DNA from: Chitinivibrionales bacterium
GTDB taxonomy: Bacteria > Fibrobacterota > Chitinivibrionia > Chitinivibrionales > WJKA01
Reading direction: 5' to 3'
Length of the DNA stretch: 64,000 bases
Assembly: GCA_038247415.1 (NCBI GenBank)
Contig: JBBRUX010000004.1
Coordinates: 1 to 64,000, forward strand
Positions 48,503 through 57,400 of this stretch are shown in pieces. The notes under the pieces are model-generated. The model saw nothing but the letters and a program-made list of their open reading frames with translations. It made no database searches and had not been told where the DNA came from. How positions within the stretch are numbered: the first letter of the stretch is position 1; each line of letters opens with the position of its first letter. Position numbers and translations under genes: made by a program.

Positions 48503-50380
48503 TTAATTGCTCTTGCAGCAACGCCCCCCACTCGATGGCTTTGCACCACCGCCGGTGCCTGGTGATACAGTTTGACATTTAGAAAGGGGGCCACCCATGA
48601 GAGAAGATCCGAGCGGGGCATCTACCCATTCAAAAACATTTCCGGTCATATCGTAAGCGCCTAATTTACCAGCACATTTTACCCGATTCCCGGATACTTC
48701 GATGGCACGGGAATTTCCATTGCAGCTTTCTTGGGTAAATACCCTACCGTATGGATACTCGAGATTTTCGAGGCCTCCGCATGCGGCAAGCCACTCATCG
48801 GAAGTGCATAACCTTTTGCCAATCGATTCACAATTCTTTTTGGCATCGTCGTACGAAATACCAGCAAGCGGCGCAACACCCTTCTGATTTGGCCATTCGT
48901 AGGTATCGATACATACTTTAAAAAACGGTTTTCCTGGTTTTGAAAGAGGAACATCCACAAGCTTCATCCCGGGAGAACAAAAAAGAGGTTTTCCATAGCG
49001 CTCGATTTCAGAAAAACCTGCATTTTCATCGTGAACAATTCGGCGAACAATTTGACTATACGGGACAGCTTTGACTGAAGCATCCATGAGCTTAATCAAA
49101 ACCGATTTGCCATCATCTCCTGTTATATCGCCAATAATAAGAATATCTTCTAAGGGCTTGCCATACTCATCGGATCGTGGGTTTGACACTATGAGTGTAT
49201 CATAGGGTCCATGAAGTACCGGTTTTGGCGCAGCGTGCGCCTTTGGAGGCAATGCTTTTGCTAAAGCGGAAATTGCATCTTTACTTATTGGGATCTTCGA
49301 TCCATCAATAGAGAGTGTAAGTACCCCGTTGGATATACCTTCAAGCGTTCCGCGAAGAAAAATACCGCTTGTCATGGATACTTCGATACGTAATCCAAAT
49401 GGAACATTTTGCGCAAGATTATCGAAAGTCAAAATTTCTGTTTCGCTGACACCCTCGCCCGATGAAGGTATAGCTTTGAATTTTTCAGGAACATCCAAGA
49501 GCTGCTGTTGCGAAATAAGATTGCGGGCAAAGGTATATGGTTTTTTATCTTCTGTTTCGAAAATGATTCCATTATCGGCAACCGATTCTACCGTACCAGT
49601 AAACACATCACCCGTTTTGAGCACAAGCCGATATTTTCCCCCAACAAAAAGACTCGATAAATCGATAGAAATGCCATCTAACGCTGGCTTTACATCGCTC
49701 TTGAGTACAGAAGGCTCGGCCGCTGTGTATGCCGAACCATTCTCATTCCACCACCCTTGCCAGGCATCACGATTATCCCCAAGTGTCTGTCCTGTAATTT
49801 TTGTAAGCGCGCATGCACCGCCATTAACCGTAATAATAATGTAAATATCCGCAGTGGCTTCGAGAATTTTCCCGCTGGCATTCATTCTCTTTTCGGTAAG
49901 TTTAACTTCTTGGCTTGACGTAATAAAATCTTCACACTTTTGCATAGTTGTATACTCAAGTAAAACCGAAGTGAGTAACACCTTATTCGTTTCGTTAAGA
50001 ACATAGGTCTGAACCCAATCGTCGAAACCGCCCATTCCTGGCGCAAAATGTGCAGCACGGATTACCGAAACATGCACAATGCGTGGAAATTTTGCAACAA
50101 GCGAAGCAACAGCCCCAGAAGCCTCAGCTTCCATAGTTCCAAGGTCTATAGCTGCACGTAAACCACTCATTGCGGCATCCCGATCGGTTGAAAAGGACAT
50201 GCTCCCATTATTAGGTTTTGCTGCAAAATAGGAGGTCGCCTCTGGCGTTCCATACACCGATGGGGCAGCGTTAACAAGAGCGATAAGCTCTCCAATTGAG
50301 CGTGTTTGCGCATAAGACTCGGTTGCTCCAAGCACGAGTAACATTCCCATTAATAGTATTGTTGCACCTCGGTTATTCAT
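48503..50380 (-). CDS. Secreted multidomain protein with a C-terminal FGE-sulfatase (SUMF1-like) domain
   Basis: Signal peptide; C-terminal CIDTYEWPN, GKRLCTSDEW, YPYG, YDMTGNVFEW and GRCC. Confidence 0.8.
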   Translation of the reverse strand: MNNRGATILLMGMLLVLGATESYAQTRSIGELIALVNAAPSVYGTPEATSYFAAKPNNGSMSFSTDRDAAMSGLRAAIDLGTMEAEASGAVASLVAKFPRIVHVSVIRAAHFAPGMGGFDDWVQTYVLNETNKVLLTSVLLEYTTMQKCEDFITSSQEVKLTEKRMNASGKILEATADIYIIITVNGGACALTKITGQTLGDNRDAWQGWWNENGSAYTAAEPSVLKSDVKPALDGISIDLSSLFVGGKYRLVLKTGDVFTGTVESVADNGIIFETEDKKPYTFARNLISQQQLLDVPEKFKAIPSSGEGVSETEILTFDNLAQNVPFGLRIEVSMTSGIFLRGTLEGISNGVLTLSIDGSKIPISKDAISALAKALPPKAHAAPKPVLHGPYDTLIVSNPRSDEYGKPLEDILIIGDITGDDGKSVLIKLMDASVKAVPYSQIVRRIVHDENAGFSEIERYGKPLFCSPGMKLVDVPLSKPGKPFFKVCIDTYEWPNQKGVAPLAGISYDDAKKNCESIGKRLCTSDEWLAACGGLENLEYPYGRVFTQESCNGNSRAIEVSGNRVKCAGKLGAYDMTGNVFEWVDAPLGSSLMGGPLSKCQTVSPGTGGGAKPSSGGRCCKSN

Positions 50381-50646
50381 CGATTTCCCCCTGTTAAATT
50401 TTCACTAAAGAGTACACCTAAGCGTTCAGATTGTATCAGATTACAAAATATTATATCGGGAAGCGAATATGTACAAGATTCTTTCTTCAACCGCTCTATT
50501 CCAGATTTTGTTCAACATTCATTACATGCTACACACAAAAAGAAGCATCTTAATGGGTAAAAAGCTTTCATGAATCTATTTTATTGCATCAATTGATATG
50601 GAAACGTAGGATTATAAACATCTCACACCTCCGAAAGGAAAATAGA

Positions 50647-51219
50647 ATGTCTAACAAAAATGTAATTCTCTTTGGGCCTCCGGGTGCCGGAAAAGGCACT
50701 CAAGCGGTGAAATTGCGCGACCTTCTTTCTGTGCCCCATGTTTCTACAGGCGATATGTTTCGCTACAATATCAAAAACAATACAGACCTCGGTAAGCTCG
50801 CAAAAAGCTACTCCGATGCTGGGAAGCTTGTTCCCGATGAAGTAACAATCGCCATGGTAAAAGATCGCCTCAAGCAACCTGACATGCAAGGGGGGTTTTT
50901 GCTTGATGGATTTCCCCGCAGCGTTGGGCAGGCAGAGGCACTCGATGTAATCCTTACGGAACTTAAGCTTAAAATTGGTCATGTTGTAAATATCGCTGTT
51001 TCCGATGATTCGATTCGAGAGCGCCTTGCCAAGCGTGCAACCATCGAAGGCCGCGCCGACGATGCAGATCCTAAAGTAATCCAGAATCGTTTGGATACCT
51101 ACAAAAATCAAAGCGAACCCTGCCTCACGTACTATCGCCCACAAAATATTGTTAGAGATATCGATGGTATGGGTACGATCGATGAAGTTTTTGCAAAAAT
51201 CAGCACTCTTTTTGCCTAA
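50647..51219 (+). CDS. adk: Adenylate kinase, short-LID type
   Basis: GPPGAGKGTQA, STGDMFR, LVPD, LDGFPR and GRADD; an AAGGA RBS precedes the ATG at 50647. Confidence 0.97.
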   Translation: MSNKNVILFGPPGAGKGTQAVKLRDLLSVPHVSTGDMFRYNIKNNTDLGKLAKSYSDAGKLVPDEVTIAMVKDRLKQPDMQGGFLLDGFPRSVGQAEALDVILTELKLKIGHVVNIAVSDDSIRERLAKRATIEGRADDADPKVIQNRLDTYKNQSEPCLTYYRPQNIVRDIDGMGTIDEVFAKISTLFA

Positions 51220-51228
51220 CAATCCTCT

Positions 51229-51264
51229 AACACTGCCAACAATCATAGCGTTGGCAGTGTTTTT
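51229..51264 (+). terminator. Rho-independent terminator of adk
   Basis: AACACTGCCAAC-N9-GTTGGCAGTGTT followed by a T-run. Confidence 0.8.
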
Positions 51265-51483
51265 CCTTGCTTTGCCCTCCACTAAGACGGTATTTTGCTT
51301 TTAGGAACATACGTTTCCGTTTTTTTGAATTCATCTATACTATAGTTATTAGTGACTGCCCTTTCCAAAGCGATTGATGAATACTAGCCATTATGCTATG
51401 ATTATAGAGAAGCATTCTATTTTTAGCTCTATACATTTCATCATCTTGCGTCTTTGGAGTTTCGATTTAACCAGGAGCATTCT

Positions 51484-54400
51484 ATGAAAACATCAACACC
51501 CGTTCGACATCTGTGGTTGGCCGTTCTGCTTACCGCCTTTGCATTTCCCTTGCTTGCTCAAGGGTACCTGTTGCCAGAAACGCTCTGGGTTAAGGTGAAT
51601 TTTTACGACTATCATGCAAATGGATCCAACCCAAACTTCGAACGATGCAATAGCGCAGCCACCGGCATGATTCAGGATACTTTGGATAAAGACCGCAAAC
51701 CAGTCTTCTTGGCTAACAAGGCATGCAATAACTACATCGACAAATGGTACAGGCCCAGCAAATTTACAAGCAGCAACGAGTTTGCATTTGACATGGTATC
51801 GGAATCCTGGAAATGGACAAATCTTATAGCGAGTACTATTGACAACAGAGGACTTGTAACCACCGGTTGGCAAAATGCTCCGCAAGATTCTATGACCAAC
51901 ATCAACTTTTACGACTCACTCCCTTTTATACTTCCTCGCACGCATCAAGATTCTGCAACCGGTACTTATGTTTTTAATCGCACCTCATCAAATCCCAAAC
52001 CAGCAGAAAAACAATTTTTCTGGCTCGATGGCAAAGGATTTGGAACTGAACCTGCAGGTTCAGGTCATAATTTTGCTTATACCATGGAATTACATCATGA
52101 GTTTACCTACAAGGGTGGTGAGTTTTTCAACTTCTCAGGCGATGATGATGTATGGGTATTTATCAATGGTAAACTTGCAATCGACCTTGGTGGTGTGCAC
52201 GGATCACAAAGCGCCTCATTGAACCTTGACAACGAAGCCGCAAAGTTTGGCCTTGTAAAAAATCGCAAATACATGTTCGATTTCTTTTATGCAGAACGAC
52301 ACACATCCCAGGCCAATTGCCTCATAACAACCAACATTCTAACACCTACAAAGCCTAATAATATTATCATTACAAACGATTCTACTCCGCCAGATCCCAA
52401 AAATCCTCCGCCCCGTAATGTGGATACATGCATTACAGCAGGCCAGTGCTTGCCGCTTTACGCATGGGTTGTGGACGACACCCTTGGGTTGCGACGCGAT
52501 TGGGGAACACTCGTGCAGTGGGAACTTGTTGACACTATGGGCAACCGTGACACCATTCGTCCAATCGGAAACTTTAATACATTTTGCCCTACAAAAGCAA
52601 ACGGAATTACCAAAATATACCTGACTTTTTCAGATCCCAAATTTCCCGATATTACCCTAACAGATTCTGTTCTGGTATGTGTTACCCCCGATGTTGCAAG
52701 CCATATGGTTATAGAAGGTACCAAAGATGGTTCGTTACATAACGACAATCCGCTCGATAGTATTACCATACCATCAACAAGCGCAACGGCATTGGTATAT
52801 GCAGTTATTCGTGACCGCTTTGGTAACTTTATAAATCAATCCAAAGCCACAACATGGCAAGTAATTAATGGTACCGATACCGTGAGCGTTGCGAATGGCA
52901 ATCAGACACTGGGGCAAGGGATACTTACAAAAAAAGGCCCCACCGGTACAGCCAAAGTTTCAGGCACAGCCAGCGCCTACGTTGGAGCGCTCTTTACAGA
53001 TACCATAAAAGTGCGCGTCGCACAAACACAATACGATTCTCTGAGAATTTCTGTTGGTCTAGGGGCACAACGATCCCGCATCGATAGCCTCGTTATTAAA
53101 ATGACACGTGATACAATCCTGTACGTAGAAGGTAAACGTAAAGATGGCCTTGGATGGGAACTCATAAGCGCATCGTGGTCGCTTAATGCTCTTACCGCAA
53201 CAACAACACCACCCGCATCGGCTACAACCTGGAACTTTAAGCCTGCAGCAATGGGTTTAGGAGCCATAATTGTAACCTCTGGTAGTATTACCTATTCGCT
53301 TAAAACACGTGTTCTTGCTGGTGGTGCAAATTCCCTTGCATTATACCCTAAAACTGGCACGCCGGGTGCAGCAAACGGCAACACTCCTTATGCAGGAATT
53401 CCGGTTTCGTATACGTATCCTGCTGGCACTCAAATTCCTTTATACGCCAAAATTTTCGATTTATATGCAACATGGCTCCTTGAATATGAAACAGATGGGA
53501 CCAAAGCCCCTTTATTTAGTTGGCAAGCACTCGATTCTGCTACGCATACACCAATCGATGCAAGCATAGGTTCCTTTTCAGCGACTCTAGGTAGTTCTAC
53601 TCTTTTTACTCCTACAAAATCTCTTAAAACTGTCGACATTATCGCTACCATGACAGAAGGCAATATTATTACCCGCGATACTATTCGGATTCGGATTAGA
53701 GCTGGGGTGGGTAATCACATTGTTATAGAAGCATCTCCCGATAGTTTATCGAGCCCCAACCGCGATAACCGAATTACCTCGGTTGAACTCCTGGCAACCG
53801 ACACCACCCGAAAAGTGTATGGTGTTGTCCGCGACGCATACGGTAATTATGTTGGCCCTGCCGATTCTGCGCTCTGGTTCTCCCGCGATACGTTAGTTGC
53901 CACGGCCCAAGTTGGTCCTTTAAGCTCCAAGGGAGAAGGTGTCGTACGACGTAAAGCCGATGCTTCAGCAACAACCTGGCTTGTGGTGACCAGCCGAACA
54001 TTTACCGATTCGGTTCCTATAATAGTAAGTGATATATCCTATACCGGACTACGCCTTGTTGTCAACAAGAATGGCTTACAAGATGTTGACACCGTAATTG
54101 TCAGAACCGATTTAGACACAACACTTTTAGCCCTTGGAAGAAGGTCTGATAATGGCTCGTGGGTAAATGTTGCGGTCACATGGAGTTCGAGCGGTCTAAC
54201 CCTTATACCAACTGCACCGGCGTTAGCAGATAGATATCTCTTTAGGCCAACCACAACGGGGTCGGGAAAAATACGTATTACTAAAGGGAACACCTCAGAT
54301 TCTGTGGTTGTAATTGTTAAAGATGGTTTACCTGCACGTGTTGCGCTCTATCCACGAGCTGGATCGCCATCGGGCACGAACACATCGTATCCTCCTGTAA

Positions 54401-57400
54401 CATCTCCAATCACCTTAGCTGCAGGCGATTCCATAATCCTCTTTGCAAAAATTTTCGACAAAAATAGTGTGTGGCTTGCCGCATACGAGCGTTCCAATGT
54501 TCCTATAACCTGGTCACTTGCGCAAGTTTCCGGGACTGGTAGCGGAACACTTAAAAGTACCACGGGAAATACCACGGTCTTTAGACCAATTTCATCTTCT
54601 ACCATAGTAGACGTAATCGCAACGTTCTCAGAAAACGGCATCACTTTGACTGCTGCGGTTCGCATACAGGTTGTTGCTGGCATTGCGCATCATTTGGTTA
54701 TTGAATCCTCGCCCAATGGATCGGTGAGCCCCCATGCCGACAATCCACTTGCTTCGGTGACAATTGGAAGTTTGGACACTTCAGCTATCATTTATGCTGT
54801 ACTGCGCGACAAATTTCAAAATTTCGTCAGCGCATCTCCAGCAACTACCTTTTCATCAACTAATGCTACAGCAGCAATTGTCAATAATGGCGTAGCCTCC
54901 TTAGGTGAAGGCATTATAGTTCGCAGGGCCCTTACTGGTACGACAATGATCATTGCCTCAAATATCAATAACCCAGCCCTTCGTGATACCGTCACCGTAA
55001 ACCTGAGCCAGGTTCTCTACGATTCGCTTCGTATTGCGGTCAACCAGAATGGAATTCGCCCGATTGATTTATTGAAGATACGAACCGACCAAGACACCGT
55101 ACTTTACGCAATTGGAAAACGTACTGACAATGGTTTATGGGATGCGGTAGTGGTACGCTGGAGTGCGGCTGGAATTACCACAATTCCAGGAATACCAACC
55201 AACCAGGTTAGTTCTTTTGCCTTTGCTCCTGCAGCACGTGGAAACGGAACTATAACAATAACAGCGGCTGGACGAAGTGGAACTTTTATTTCCAGCACCA
55301 TTCCTGTTCAAATGCTCACTGGTTTGCCTAAAGCGCTAGTGCTCTATCCGTTACCAGGCGCACCGAATGTATCGGGAAATTTTCCGTACCCTGCCAGTAC
55401 CATAACCGACACCATGACAGCTGGATTAACACGTCTGTTTGCTGCAAAAATTTTTGATCATAACACTATCTGGATAGACACTCTCGAAAAGTCAACAGCT
55501 CCAATAAGTTTTCGCATTATCGAGGTTACTGGAAATCCTCCTACAGGAATTCTCGCCCCAACCAGCGGAAGCTCATCAATCTTTTCGCCAACGCGAGCAT
55601 TTAATACAGTTCTGGTTGTAGCAACCTATGCAAGTCAGGGCATTACCCTTTCCGATAGTGTTCGCATTACCATATTTGCAAGCACTCCTACACATATGGT
55701 ACTTGAAGGAAGCTCCGATCCAACAAGAAGTCCGAATGCAGATAATCCTCTCTACGATGTTACGCTCACAAGCCGCGATACCGCAGCACTTGTTTACGCC
55801 ATACTGCGTGACAAATTCGGCAACTTTGCGGGTTATACACCCTCAGTCATATGGAGTTCTGTTGATACTAATGTCGCCAGAGCGTATCCTGGAGTTTCAG
55901 ATATTGGCGAAGGACGCATTGTCCGCAAAGCGATTACGGGCGAAACCATGGTGATTGCTCAAAATCGCGATAATCCTCTTATGATTGATACAGTAATAGT
56001 GCGCTTAGCAAGCATCACCTATGGTGGATTACGCATTGTTACCAATCAGGGAACTCTCAAGGATCTCGACACTCTCGTTTTGCGCATCGACCAAGATACT
56101 ACCCTTCTGGCTCTGGGTTTACGCTCAGATAACAATCAGTGGGATAATATACGAGTCACCTGGAGTATTTCGGGTGTCACGGCTTCGCCACATCCACCCG
56201 TTGGCGATAACAAGTGGAAATTAACCCCTGTCACGCTTGGTACTGGCACTCTTACAGCCCAAGCATCTGGTACAAGCGGAATACTTTCAGATATTATTGT
56301 TGTCATTTTTCAAAACGGAAGACCTAAAACACTATCGCTCTATCCCCATACCGGTACTCCCGATGTTAACAACAATACGCCCTATCCACCAGTAACTAGT
56401 ATCGATACCATTCGTGCTGGCGACATAGATACCCTTAATGCAAAGGTATTTGACAAAAACGGAACTTGGCTTTCTGCGTATGAACGGTCAACCGCTCCCA
56501 TTTCGTGGAGAATAGAGGAAGTTGCTGGAAGCGGTTCCACAGGAACACTTTCCACAGCTTCGGGAAATGTTTCGATATTTATGCCGACTCGTGCTTACAA
56601 TACGGTTTACGCAATTGGCGAATATCGTGAATTTGGAACAGTTATTGCCGATACCGTGAAATTCTTTATTATGCCAACCACACCTACCCATGTCGTACTC
56701 GAAGCTTCGAGCAATGTGATGGTAAGTCCTAACGCAGATAACCCTGCGGGAAGTATCACGCTTGGCACCAAAGATACGGTAGGATCGGTATATGCTGTGT
56801 ACCGTGATCGCTTTAATAACTTTGTTGAATATGTAAACCAGGCAACGTGGCGCATGAGTGATAGCACGTTTGTTTCGGTGGCACCTGGTATTACCGCTGT
56901 TGGTGAAGGCCGAATTACCCGAAAAAGCGCCGGTGGCGGCAACACCAGTGTTATTGTGCAAAGCCTGCTGTATCCCAACATGCTCGATACAGTAACGGTA
57001 CTTCTGGCAACGATCACCTACGACTCATTGCGAATTCTCGATTCCAAGGGAACTCCCATTTCAGTTCTTGACATGAGAACAGATCGGGATACGACCCTCT
57101 ATGTACAGGGCAAACGTTCCGATAATGGTAAATGGGAGCCAATTCCGGCAAGCTGGGAAACATCTGGGGGCTTATTGGTAAAACCTGCAGCACCGCGTGG
57201 TGTTGACGCTTGGAACTTTACTCCGTCGGATACGGGAAGCGGATTTATTAGAGTGACCTTAGGTAACGAAAAGATTACTATTCCAAAATCGATTGCAGTT
57301 CACTTTATTCAAGGTGTATCGGCTGGCCTTGCGCTATATCCACAGCCTGGCAAACCCAGTGCAACCAATAATGCTTACCCACCGTCTAATACTACGCTAG

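Noticed and set aside
48503..48990. Diversity-generating retroelement target (FGE/CLec fold)
   Set aside because: No reverse transcriptase and no template/variable repeat pair in the window.
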